A stretch of 62,261 nucleotides of DNA, counting the filler. It is 3 parts of 3 records of this genome, joined end to end, with 100 filler letters (N's around TTAATTAATTAA, not from the genome) between each part and the next. Parts side by side here need not be neighbours in the genome. Positions count along the whole stretch, not along the records: positions 16,263 to 39,454 come from DRR378314_1696; positions 39,555 to 62,261 come from DRR378314_1700; 1 more part is not named here. The stretch is one strand, 5' to 3'. The notes below the pieces were generated by a model. That model saw only the letters and a list, made by a program, of their open reading frames with translations. It did not search any database and was not told the DNA's origin. The position numbers and the translations under genes are program-made. This document shows, in pieces, positions 31,965 through 40,964 of the stretch; the first letter of the stretch is position 1, and each line of letters begins with the position of its first letter.

Positions 31965-32453
31965 TTATGGGACGACAACATAGGATGGGGCAAGCGAAAC
32001 CTCTTCCAGATTGGCAGTCTTTCCAATCCGGTCCACCACAGTAAACAATCCGGGGGCAGACAGGGGGGTCAGGACGCCATGCCAGACCCCGCGATGGAAA
32101 TTAATCCCTTGATGCGGTGCGGTCATAAAGGCGCGCGGCCTGCCGGGCGTGCCGTTTTCATCGGGTGCAACGATCACCAGAAACGGGTTTTCGGTCATCG
32201 GCAAAAAGGCTTGCGAGCCTTCTGGATGGCGTTCCAGCAGCGTCAACTCATAGGGCAGGCTGCGCGGCTCAGCGTTGAAAATGCTGATGCCCGCACGCCC
32301 ATCGGGACCGAAATCCAGCGCTGCACGGTCATGGTGCCGCCCACACAGCCCTGCATTGATCATCTTGTCCGGCGTGCCAGAAGCGTCCAGCACATCCCCG
32401 AACGGGGCAAAAGCCGCAGCACTCAGCGGCACCACCTTGATCTCGCGGCTCAT
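31965..32453 (-). CDS. allA: Ureidoglycolate lyase
   Basis: FAPFGDV, LERHPEGSQAF, GVWHGVL, VVDRIG. Confidence 0.9.
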   Translation of the reverse strand: MSREIKVVPLSAAAFAPFGDVLDASGTPDKMINAGLCGRHHDRAALDFGPDGRAGISIFNAEPRSLPYELTLLERHPEGSQAFLPMTENPFLVIVAPDENGTPGRPRAFMTAPHQGINFHRGVWHGVLTPLSAPGLFTVVDRIGKTANLEEVSLAPSYVVVP

Positions 32454-33259
32454 AGGGGCATGTGACGGTTCACGTCTTTATACAGCAGATAGCGAAACGG
32501 TTCATGCCCCGTGGCGATACAGGCCTGCGGACAGAACGCGCGCAGCCACATGAAATCCCCCGGCACCACCGGCACCCAATCCTTGTTCAGCAGATAATCC
32601 GCCGTGCCTTGCAACACATATAGCCCATGTTCCATCACATGGGTTTCGGCAAAGGGAATCCGCCCGCCGGGTTGGAAGGTCACAATGTTGACGTGCATAT
32701 CGTGGCGCAGGTCGGTGGGATCAACAAACCGTGTCGTCGCCCAAACGCCATCGCAATCGGGCATGACGATGGGCGGCGTTTCCTGATCGGAGGTCACAAA
32801 AGCCTCTGGCAGATCCACATCTTCCGCGCCGACATAGCGTTTGCGCACCCAGTGGAACTCCGCACTCACATCGCCATCGTTCCAGATTGTCCAAACCACA
32901 TCCGGCGGAATATAGGCATAGCCGCCCGGCTCCATCACATGTTTTGCCCCGTCAATGTTCAGCGTCAGCGTGCCATTGGCGACCAAGATCACCGATTGCG
33001 ATTCCGGGTCTGCTTCGGGCGTGTCAGAGCCACCATTCGGGGCCAGCTCTACCGCGTATTGCGAAAACGTCTCTGCAAATCCGCTAAGCGGGCGCGCCAG
33101 CACCCACATCCGCATGCCTTTCCAGCCGGGCAGAAAGCTGGTCACGATATCGCGCTGTGTTTCGGCGGGGATCACCGCATAGGCGGGGGTGAAAACGGCG
33201 CTGCCTTCGGGGCTGACCGATTGATCCGGCAGACCGCCGGGGGGGAAAGCGTAGCTCAA
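32450..33259 (-). CDS. (S)-ureidoglycine aminohydrolase, bicupin (YlbA/AllE-like)
   Basis: FAETFSQY, DMHVNIVTF, ETHVMEHG, YLLYKDVNR; TTG start overlapping the puuE stop with GGAGG RBS. Confidence 0.88.
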   Translation of the reverse strand: MSYAFPPGGLPDQSVSPEGSAVFTPAYAVIPAETQRDIVTSFLPGWKGMRMWVLARPLSGFAETFSQYAVELAPNGGSDTPEADPESQSVILVANGTLTLNIDGAKHVMEPGGYAYIPPDVVWTIWNDGDVSAEFHWVRKRYVGAEDVDLPEAFVTSDQETPPIVMPDCDGVWATTRFVDPTDLRHDMHVNIVTFQPGGRIPFAETHVMEHGLYVLQGTADYLLNKDWVPVVPGDFMWLRAFCPQACIATGHEPFRYLLYKDVNRHMPL

Positions 33260-34671
33260 AACATATCCTCCAGCCGCAAACGCGCAATGCGTTCGACCTG
33301 TTTGCAAGCGGTGGTGAATTCCACCGGCGTTTCATTGGCAATCCGCTGTTCAAAGGCGCGCAGGATGCCCGCCTTATCGTGATCTTTCACCGCGATGATA
33401 AAGGGGAACCCGTGTTTGGCCACATAAGCGGCGTTCATCTCCGAGAACTGTGCACGTTCTGCATCGGTCAGCGCATCAAGACCCGCACTGGCCTGTTCTG
33501 CGGTGCTTTCCGCCGTCAGCCGTTTTGCCGCCGCAAGTTTTCCCGCCAGATCAGGGTGGGCATTCAGCACGCCCAAGCGTTCGCTGCGGGATGCGGACCG
33601 GAACATCCGGCACAGCGCATTATGCAGACCCGCCGCGCAGTCATGTGCGGGGCCCAGTTCCAACTCAAAGGCCCGCTCGGCAATCCACGGCGAATGTTCA
33701 AAGACACCGCCAAACTGTTCGATGAATTCGGGCCGCGCCATCTGGCAAGGGCGTAGGCCCCGCACCGCCGGGGGATGCACCGCCCGCCAATGTTCGGCGA
33801 TCTCAATCCGACGGGGTGTCCAGACTCCCTCAAACCCCTGAATATATTCCACAAACCGCTTTAGCGCCTGTATCCTGCCGGGCCGTCCGACCAACCGGCA
33901 ATGCAATCCCACCGACATCATTTTGGCCGCGCCATCCACCCCTTCGGCGTAAAGCGCATCAAAGGTATCGCGCAGATAGGCAAAAAACTGATCACCCGAA
34001 TTGAACCCCTGTGGTGTGGCGAACCGCATGTCGTTGCAATCCAGCGTATAGGGGATGATCAACTGGTCGCGTCCGTCCGCATCCATCCAATAGGGCAGAT
34101 CATCATCATAAGTGTCGGAGATATAATCAAACGCCTGCGTCTCTGCCGCCAGCGCCACCGTGTTCACCGAGGTGCGCCCGCAATACCAGCCACGCGGCGC
34201 TTCGCCGACAACTTCGGTATGCAGGCGGATCGCCTCGGCCATATCCGCCGTTTCAGCCTTGGCGTCGTGGTCCTTGTAATCAATCCATTTCAACCCGTGG
34301 CTGGCAATCTCCCAACCGGCCTCTTTCATCGCCTCAACCTGTTCAGGCGCACGGGCCAATGCGGATGCCACACCGTAAACCGTGGGCCGGATACCCGCGC
34401 CAGTGAACAACCGATGCAACCGCCAGAACCCGGCCCGCGCCCCGTAATCGTAAATCGATTCCATGTTCCAATGACGCTGGGCAGGCCATGGAGCGGCACC
34501 GACAATCTCTGACAGGAAGGCTTCGGAAGCTGCATCGCCATGCAGAATGCAATTCTCGCCCCCCTCTTCGTAATTCACAACAAATTGCACCGCGATACGG
34601 GCGTTGTTGGGCCATGCGGCATCTGCGGGCGTGGCACCATGGCCGCGGAAATCTCTGGGGTAACGGTTCAT
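33256..34671 (-). CDS. puuE: Allantoinase PuuE fused to OHCU decarboxylase (UraD)
   Basis: Polysaccharide-deacetylase-fold N-terminus (NYEEGGE, ESIYDYGARAG) plus FEHSPWIA, HPDLAGK, FPFIIAV C-terminal domain. Confidence 0.92.
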   Translation of the reverse strand: MNRYPRDFRGHGATPADAAWPNNARIAVQFVVNYEEGGENCILHGDAASEAFLSEIVGAAPWPAQRHWNMESIYDYGARAGFWRLHRLFTGAGIRPTVYGVASALARAPEQVEAMKEAGWEIASHGLKWIDYKDHDAKAETADMAEAIRLHTEVVGEAPRGWYCGRTSVNTVALAAETQAFDYISDTYDDDLPYWMDADGRDQLIIPYTLDCNDMRFATPQGFNSGDQFFAYLRDTFDALYAEGVDGAAKMMSVGLHCRLVGRPGRIQALKRFVEYIQGFEGVWTPRRIEIAEHWRAVHPPAVRGLRPCQMARPEFIEQFGGVFEHSPWIAERAFELELGPAHDCAAGLHNALCRMFRSASRSERLGVLNAHPDLAGKLAAAKRLTAESTAEQASAGLDALTDAERAQFSEMNAAYVAKHGFPFIIAVKDHDKAGILRAFEQRIANETPVEFTTACKQVERIARLRLEDMF

Positions 34672-34742
34672 CTTGGGTGTCCTGACTCTGGTGCGATCAC
34701 GTTGCACAGAACCGCCCCCCTGCGCAATCCGCTGCCCCAAAC

Positions 34743-34778
34743 GGCAAGCGGGCCGCCCCGGTAAGACGACCCGCTGCC
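34743..34778 (-). terminator. Stem-loop downstream of the LysM gene
   Basis: Minus-strand GCGGGUCGUCU/GGGCGGCCCGC stem with G-U pairs; weak U-tract. Confidence 0.45.
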
Positions 34779-34808
34779 AGACTGGCTGCTACAACTTGGT
34801 TTTTTGTT

Positions 34809-35705
34809 TTATTCAGGGATTATAAGTTGTTGGCCCGTCCGTATGCCGTCTGCTGACCGAAGAAGATGTTCATTGGCCGCAGATATTCGGTTGTGCAATG
34901 TCGGGTGGCCGTAAAACTGCAATGCAAGATTGGCCAGGCTGTCCTCCTCCTGCACCACGTAGATCCGCCGACCCTTCGTATAGTCTGTCTTGGCCTCTGA
35001 TGCGGCAAATACACGGCGGTTCATGTCACGCGCAGCCTTGGCTCCGGCTGCCGTCCCGTTGTCAATCAGGGCAGACTGGATCAGATCAAACAACACCATA
35101 TCAATATCGCTGTCGCCCTTCCCGGTATGCAAAGATGCCGGCAGGTCAATCACCCCTTCTGCAACGGCTTCGCGCAACAGTTCAACAGATGTCCGGCGGG
35201 TTTCCTCGGCCTCTGCCTTGGACAGAACCAGATGGTGCGCGCTTTGCAGACCTTGTTTGGCAATCTGATATTCCCCGGCCAGAACAGCCGTGCGCATGAC
35301 CTCCAGCGCCCCCGGATCCAGAACCGCCCGCGCCGTGCTGCGCGCCTCTGCCATACCGTCTTGCGTCAACACCGCCGCTGCCGGTGTCGCCGCGCCCGCG
35401 CCTGCCGCAAGTCCCGACATCAGATCCGGCCCCTGTTGACGCGTGACGGCTGATGGCACTTCCTGTCCTGCGGCGGCCACGCCCTGTGTCGTGGGGCGGG
35501 CAAATTTTAACGTGCCCATCACCCCCAGCACAAAGGCCAGCAGGGCAATGGCGCTGACCGCCCACATCATCCCGGAAACCGGCAGCCCAAGCGGGGTCTG
35601 CGGCGGGACGGGTGTCTGTGTTCTCGTCTCGCGCTGGACAGATTGCGGTATGACATAATTGTCAAATGTCACATGCGGGGTAAGCGGATCGTTTGGCTTT
35701 TCCAT
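34809..35705 (-). CDS. Membrane-anchored protein with C-terminal LysM domain
   Basis: Single TM (WAVSAIALLAFVLGVMG) and YVVQEEDSLANLALQFYG...I..AN...IRTGQQLIIP. Confidence 0.8.
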   Translation of the reverse strand: MEKPNDPLTPHVTFDNYVIPQSVQRETRTQTPVPPQTPLGLPVSGMMWAVSAIALLAFVLGVMGTLKFARPTTQGVAAAGQEVPSAVTRQQGPDLMSGLAAGAGAATPAAAVLTQDGMAEARSTARAVLDPGALEVMRTAVLAGEYQIAKQGLQSAHHLVLSKAEAEETRRTSVELLREAVAEGVIDLPASLHTGKGDSDIDMVLFDLIQSALIDNGTAAGAKAARDMNRRVFAASEAKTDYTKGRRIYVVQEEDSLANLALQFYGHPTLHNRISAANEHLLRSADGIRTGQQLIIPE

Positions 35706-35706
35706 C

Positions 35707-36327
35707 TCATGACTGCCCCGTTTCGATGCTGAACCCCAGCACCGACCACACCTGCATGCCGCCGCGATAATAGCGGATCATCTCTGGCGGGTATCCCGCC
35801 GCAAGCAGGTTGGTGACCAATCTGCCCGCATCATCGCTGCTGGGGCCATTGTCATAGATCAACAGAATGCGGGCATCGGAAAAGTTGAACACATCCTCAT
35901 AGCTGCGCCCGCCGAGGGCCAGCAGGATATCCTTGCGATAGGCATTATCCGGCGCAAGCGTGTTATGCGGCAGGCTGACCGTGCCCGGAATGAACCCTTT
36001 CGCCCGCTCCGCCGGAGCGCGGGCATCCACCATCAGGCCCCGACCGGTCGCCACTTGAGAGACCAGGAAATCCAGCACCTCGGCCTCGCCCAGCGTTTCA
36101 ACCCCCTGTGCCACCTGCATCGGTGCAATACAGGCCCCGCCACAGCTGGCATCGGCTGAAATAAACCGTTGCGCCACCCGCTCGGCTTCGGGCGTGTCAC
36201 GGGCAATTGTGACCTCTGAACCGTTAAAAATAAATGAGGCGCTTGCCTGTGTCAGATGCTCTTGGGCCTGGCACATAGATGCGGCAAACATCAAGGCGGT
36301 GGTGACCCGCAGGGTTTGCAATGGCAT
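35707..36327 (-). CDS. Exported rhodanese-like protein lacking the active-site cysteine
   Basis: Signal peptide, VDARAP, GFIPGTVSLP, YYRGGMQVW; active loop reads YDNGPSS; start trimmed to MPLQTL. Confidence 0.8.
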   Translation of the reverse strand: MPLQTLRVTTALMFAASMCQAQEHLTQASASFIFNGSEVTIARDTPEAERVAQRFISADASCGGACIAPMQVAQGVETLGEAEVLDFLVSQVATGRGLMVDARAPAERAKGFIPGTVSLPHNTLAPDNAYRKDILLALGGRSYEDVFNFSDARILLIYDNGPSSDDAGRLVTNLLAAGYPPEMIRYYRGGMQVWSVLGFSIETGQS

Positions 36328-36438
36328 ATCATCCCCCCGAAAGAATACCGGATTTGGTGTGTTAACTTTGTAAAATACACAGCTTTTGGTTGTCGGACCC
36401 ATATATGCAAAGGTTGGTTGACGCAGTCAAAGCAAAAA

Positions 36439-36483
36439 CGAATCACTTGGGCAAAATATCCGAATCAGAGGCCGAATCAGAGG
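36439..36483. repeat. Three CGAATCA motifs including a 12-bp tandem duplication (CCGAATCAGAGG x2)
   Basis: CGAATCA at 36439, 36461 and 36473, each containing GANTC. Confidence 0.75.
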
Positions 36484-36574
36484 ATTTCGCAGGTAAATTC
36501 CCGACATACGTGCATTGACCTGACCGCAGGGGCGGGTAGACCTTGAAAAATGATGAAACAAAAGGAAACGCTCC

Positions 36575-36934
36575 ATGGCTGGCGGATATCTGACAACACA
36601 TGTTCTGGACACGGCACGCGGACTGCCCGCTGACGGGCTGGAGATCACGCTTTACCGTCTGGAGGGGGAGACCCGCGTCGAACTGGCGCGGATGCAGACC
36701 AATGCCGACGGGCGCACCGATAGCCCGATCCTGCCAGCCGATGCCTTTGCCGTGGGCACCTACGAGCTGACCTTTGCTGCCGGTGCCTATCTTGACCGCA
36801 TCGGCACCCCGCCGGAACAGCCACGGTTTCTTGATCTGATCCCGATCCGCTTTGGCATTTCTGACCCGGACGCCCATTACCATGTGCCGCTGCTGCTCTC
36901 GCCCTTTGGCTATTCCACCTATCGCGGCTCCTGA
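36575..36934 (+). CDS. uraH: 5-hydroxyisourate hydrolase (transthyretin-like)
   Basis: [36 protein letters not shown]. Confidence 0.97.
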   Translation: MAGGYLTTHVLDTARGLPADGLEITLYRLEGETRVELARMQTNADGRTDSPILPADAFAVGTYELTFAAGAYLDRIGTPPEQPRFLDLIPIRFGISDPDAHYHVPLLLSPFGYSTYRGS

Positions 36935-37026
36935 CCCCGACGTCACATCGCGTCTTGGCAAGCCCCGCCTTGCCAAGACCTGTAAGCGCGTGGCACCTTG
37001 GCGGCCTGACTGGACCGGAGACACCC

Positions 37027-38034
37027 ATGGCTGCCGCTTTGACACCCACGCCCAATGCCACCACCGCGCAAACCCAACTGCCGCAGGTGACCGAACTGCG
37101 CAATGCGGGCATGCCACTTGACCTGAACTGGGTGCTGGGCGCGCAGGCCAATACCTCTGCGATTGAACGGCGTGCCGGCACCATCGGCGCGCGGCGCTCT
37201 GTGAAAAAGGCACATCAGGCGGCGTGGCTTTTGCGCGCGGTGACCTGCATCGACCTGACCACCTTGTCGGGTGACGATACCGACCGGCGTGTCGCACGGC
37301 TTTGCGCCAAGGCGCGGCAACCTGTGGCCCCTGCCTTGCTGGATGCGCTGGGGATGGAGCCGATCACAACCGGTGCTGTCTGTGTCTATCATGAAATGAT
37401 CCCCGCAGCGGTTGCCGCTTTGCGGGGCAGCAATATTCCTGTTGCCGCTGTCTCCACCGGCTTCCCGGCGGGTCTGTCGCCATTTGAACTGCGCCTGCGC
37501 GAGATCGAAATGAGCGTGGCAGCCGGTGCAACCGAAATCGACATCGTTATTTCGCGCCGCCACGTTCTGTCCGGCAACTGGCAGGCGCTTTATGATGAAA
37601 TGCAAGCCATGCGCGCGGCCTGCGGCGAGGCCCATGTCAAAGCGATCCTTGCCACCGGCGAGCTGGGTTCGCTGCGCAACGTCGCGCGCGCCTCGCTGGT
37701 CTGCATGATGGCAGGGGCCGATTTCATCAAGACCTCGACCGGCAAGGAAAGCGTCAATGCAACCCTGCCTGTATCGCTGGTGATGATCCGCGCGATCCGC
37801 GACTATTACGATCACACTGGCATCCGGGTCGGGTACAAACCAGCGGGCGGCATTTCCAAGGCCAAGGACGCGGTGACCTATCTTGCCCTGATCAAGGAAG
37901 AGCTGGGCGACCGCTGGCTGCGCCCCGATCTGTTCCGCTTTGGCGCGTCATCGCTGTTGAACGACATCGAACGCCAGTTGGAACATTACGTGACGGGCAA
38001 TTATTCGGCGGGCTACCGTCATGCGACAAGTTGA
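37027..38034 (+). CDS. deoC: Deoxyribose-phosphate aldolase
   Basis: IDLTTLSGDDT, GADFIKTSTGK, GYKPAGG, RFGASSLL; GGAG RBS before 37027. Confidence 0.95.
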   Translation: MAAALTPTPNATTAQTQLPQVTELRNAGMPLDLNWVLGAQANTSAIERRAGTIGARRSVKKAHQAAWLLRAVTCIDLTTLSGDDTDRRVARLCAKARQPVAPALLDALGMEPITTGAVCVYHEMIPAAVAALRGSNIPVAAVSTGFPAGLSPFELRLREIEMSVAAGATEIDIVISRRHVLSGNWQALYDEMQAMRAACGEAHVKAILATGELGSLRNVARASLVCMMAGADFIKTSTGKESVNATLPVSLVMIRAIRDYYDHTGIRVGYKPAGGISKAKDAVTYLALIKEELGDRWLRPDLFRFGASSLLNDIERQLEHYVTGNYSAGYRHATS

Positions 38035-38044
38035 GGGTAAAACG

Positions 38045-39454
38045 ATGAGCGTCTCGGAAATTTTCGAAACCATGGAGTATGGCACCGCCCCTGAATCCGC
38101 CGCCGAAGCGCTGGCGTGGCTGGTCGATCAAGGCAGCCGTTTTGGCCATTTTATCGACGGTGATTTCACCACCCCCGCTGACGGGTTCGACAGCAAGAAC
38201 CCCGCCACGGGCGAGGTGCTGGCGACGCTCAGTCAGGCAACCCAGGCCGATATCGATGCCGCAGTCAAAGCCGCACGCAAGGCGCAGGGCGGCTGGGCGG
38301 ATCTGGGCGGGCATGGCCGTGCGAGGTACCTTTATGCCCTTGCCCGCCTCTTGCAAAAACACGCGCGGTTGTTCGCGGTTCTGGAAGTCCTCGACAACGG
38401 CAAACCGATCCGCGAAGCGCGAGACATCGACGTTCCCTTGGCGCAGCGGCATTTCTATTTTCACGCAGGCATGGCGCAGCTGATGGAAAGCGAACTGCCC
38501 GACGCCGAAGCCTTGGGCGTTTGCGGACAGATCATTCCGTGGAACTTCCCGTTGTTGATGCTCGCTTGGAAAATCGCACCCGCATTGGCGATGGGCAATA
38601 CCGTTGTGCTGAAACCTGCGGAATATACTTCCCTGACCGCATTGCTGTTTGCCGATATCTGTCGGCAGGCGGGTCTGCCCAAGGGCGTTGTGAACATTGT
38701 CACCGGTGACGGTGCCGTGGGCGAAATGATTGTTGCGGCAGAGGTCGACAAAATCGCCTTTACCGGTTCTACCGCCGTGGGCCGCCGCATCCGCGAGGCC
38801 ACAGCGGGCAGCGGCAAGGCGTTGAGTTTGGAACTGGGTGGCAAATCCCCCTATATCGTCTTTGATGACGCCGATCTTGATAGCGCGGTTGAAGGGTTGG
38901 TCGATGCGATCTGGTTCAATCAGGGTCAGGTCTGTTGCGCAGGCTCGCGGCTGTTGGTGCATGAACCGGTGGCTGATCTGTTCTACGCGAAATTGCGGGC
39001 ACGGATGGACAAGCTGCGTATCGGGTCACCCTTGGATAAATCCATTGATGTGGGTGCGCTGGTCGATCCCGTGCAATTGCAGCGCGTCACTGCAATGGTC
39101 GATGCAAACACCAGCGGCGAAACCCATGTGGCGGCGGGCGCGGTGCCTGATCAGGGCTGTTTTTACCCGCCAACGCTGGTCACCGGCCTGAACCCCGCCG
39201 ATACTCTGATGCAGGAAGAAATCTTTGGCCCTGTGCTGGTCTCGACCACTTTCCGCACACCCACAGAGGCCGTGCAGCTGGCCAATAACACGCGTTACGG
39301 TCTGGCCGCGACGGTGTGGTCCGAAAACATCAACCTCGCGCTGGATATCGCGCCGAAACTGGCGGCGGGCATTGTCTGGGTCAACGGCACCAATTTGATG
39401 GATGCAGCGGCGGGCTTCGGCGGTGTGCGCGAAAGCGGCTTTGGCCGCGAAGGC
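38045..39454 (+). CDS. Aldehyde dehydrogenase (partial, 3' end missing at contig end)
   Basis: IIPWNFP, FTGSTAVG, LELGGKSP, NQGQVCCAGS, EEIFGP. Confidence 0.93.
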
Positions 39455-39554
39455 NNNNNNNNNNNNNNNNNNNNNNNNNNNNNNNNNNNNNNNNNNNNTT
39501 AATTAATTAANNNNNNNNNNNNNNNNNNNNNNNNNNNNNNNNNNNNNNNNNNNN
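39455..39554. other. Artificial contig-joining spacer
   Basis: N44-TTAATTAATTAA-N44. Confidence 0.97.
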
Positions 39555-39575
39555 TCCCCAACTTACAAAACGGAG
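39555..39575 (+). repeat. 21-nt direct terminal repeat, left copy
   Basis: TCCCCAACTTACAAAACGGAG, identical to the last 21 nt of the window. Confidence 0.95.
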
Positions 39576-39852
39576 CCCAGTAAGCTTAGTCCTTGAACAT
39601 ATTGATACACAGGATAGTATTGTGGTCTACAAGCGTTTCGATAGTGCCTTTTCTATAAATTTCAAACGCACTTTTTTGGTGGTTGAATCTATGCGGGAAA
39701 TTACAGCGTATGCCAAGGAAAACCCCAATACTTACATTATTACCAACACCAGGGATGAAGCGGACTTAAAACTTCTGGAAGCGTTTGAATTGGTTTTGCA
39801 ACAGAAAGCGATGTTCGAGCATCACGTAACGCGGGTTTATCTTGTTAAATGA
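39556..39852 (+). CDS. C-terminal fragment of a membrane protein, probably ArnT/GT39-like glycosyltransferase
   Basis: Open from the contig start (PQLTKRSPVSLVLEHIDTQDSIVVYKRFDSAFSINFKRT...); family from recollection only; frame continues from 62179-62261. Confidence 0.5.
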   Translation, partial: PQLTKRSPVSLVLEHIDTQDSIVVYKRFDSAFSINFKRTFLVVESMREITAYAKENPNTYIITNTRDEADLKLLEAFELVLQQKAMFEHHVTRVYLVK

Positions 39853-40267
39853 TGGGTATGGATTCAATGGTTTCAGGTTTGGTTTTACTGGTACCGGATA
39901 CTATGTTCCATTTTAATGGTACCATTTTACCATCTTGAACAGATAAGGCTTTAAAAGTGTAAAACGAAAGTAGGCTGTTTTATGGAGCTTTCATAGTGAA
40001 TTGAATGTTGCCTGCCCTTGTGAGTCGTTATTCCTCCTATTTTTATTTGGTGATATTGCTCATCTTGTATCATGCGTGGTTATTTGGCGTTTTTTACTTC
40101 AGGTTTGTAATTCGAATCACCTTGCTTCGTTTTCGACACTTATGATTTCGTAACTAGGGCATGCACAAATAAGCACTTTAATACTATTTGTGCTGCATGA
40201 AATGGGCTGCTAACCTTTGCCTATAACAAACTTTACATAACCATAATATCACAGGGCATTAATTTTT

Positions 40268-40843
40268 ATGAAATTTGTCTTGATGAGTAATCCCCATACA
40301 AATCAAACGGAAAATCAGCTTGCGGTTCGGGTACGAGAATCAGATCGCAAGGCATACAACGCCCTTTTTTCCTTGTTATGGGAACCCATGTATTCCTATG
40401 CAGGCTCTATAATGATGAACGAGGTCTCCGCTCAAGACATGGTTCAAGAGGTCTGGATCGATTATTGGCAGCGAAGGGAGTCCATTGTGGTGGATAATAT
40501 CAAATCCTATCTTTTTAAGGCCATACGGTACAAGTGCTACAACACCTTGAGGAATATCAAGTTCAACACCACTCAAATAGAGGTTGCTGACTCGATAGAG
40601 GTGGCGCCAGAAATGGAATTGGAGGAGGAAGCCACAGCGCTCTCCAAACGAATTGATGCCAGCATAGCCAATCTTCCACAACGATGCCAAGAGATTTTTA
40701 GACTGAGCAGGGTCAATGACATCAGTAATACCGAAATCGCCAAGCAGCTAAATATTTCCCAACGTTCGGTAGAGAACCAACTTTCATTTGCCCTGCGTAG
40801 ACTTCGAAAGGATCTATCCATTGTTAAATCTTTGTTCTTTTGA
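40268..40843 (+). CDS. ECF sigma-70 factor (Bacteroidota type) no. 1
   Basis: AQDMVQEVWI, KSYLFKAIR, LPQRCQEIFRLSR, ISQRSVENQL; precedes fecR. Confidence 0.92.
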   Translation: MKFVLMSNPHTNQTENQLAVRVRESDRKAYNALFSLLWEPMYSYAGSIMMNEVSAQDMVQEVWIDYWQRRESIVVDNIKSYLFKAIRYKCYNTLRNIKFNTTQIEVADSIEVAPEMELEEEATALSKRIDASIANLPQRCQEIFRLSRVNDISNTEIAKQLNISQRSVENQLSFALRRLRKDLSIVKSLFF

Positions 40844-40881
40844 ACGCCACCTGTATTAGCTAAAGGTTAACAACCCGTTCC

Positions 40882-40901
40882 AATCTTTAAGTAATCTTTA
40901 A
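40882..40901 (+). promoter_or_regulatory. AATCTTTAA direct repeat with 11-nt period upstream of fecR1
   Basis: Copies at 40882-40890 and 40893-40901. Confidence 0.4.
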
Positions 40902-40964
40902 AACCCGGTTTTTGTGTGTGCGTAGGCATGTGCTTTTGGTACTTCCTATTGAAATGTGCATACA

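Noticed and set aside
16293-39191. Many long antisense or alternate-frame ORFs in the GC-rich contig (e.g. 26239-27249, 37892-38962, 22589-23509)
   Set aside because: They shadow well-supported genes, lack recognisable motifs and are expected from high-GC codon bias
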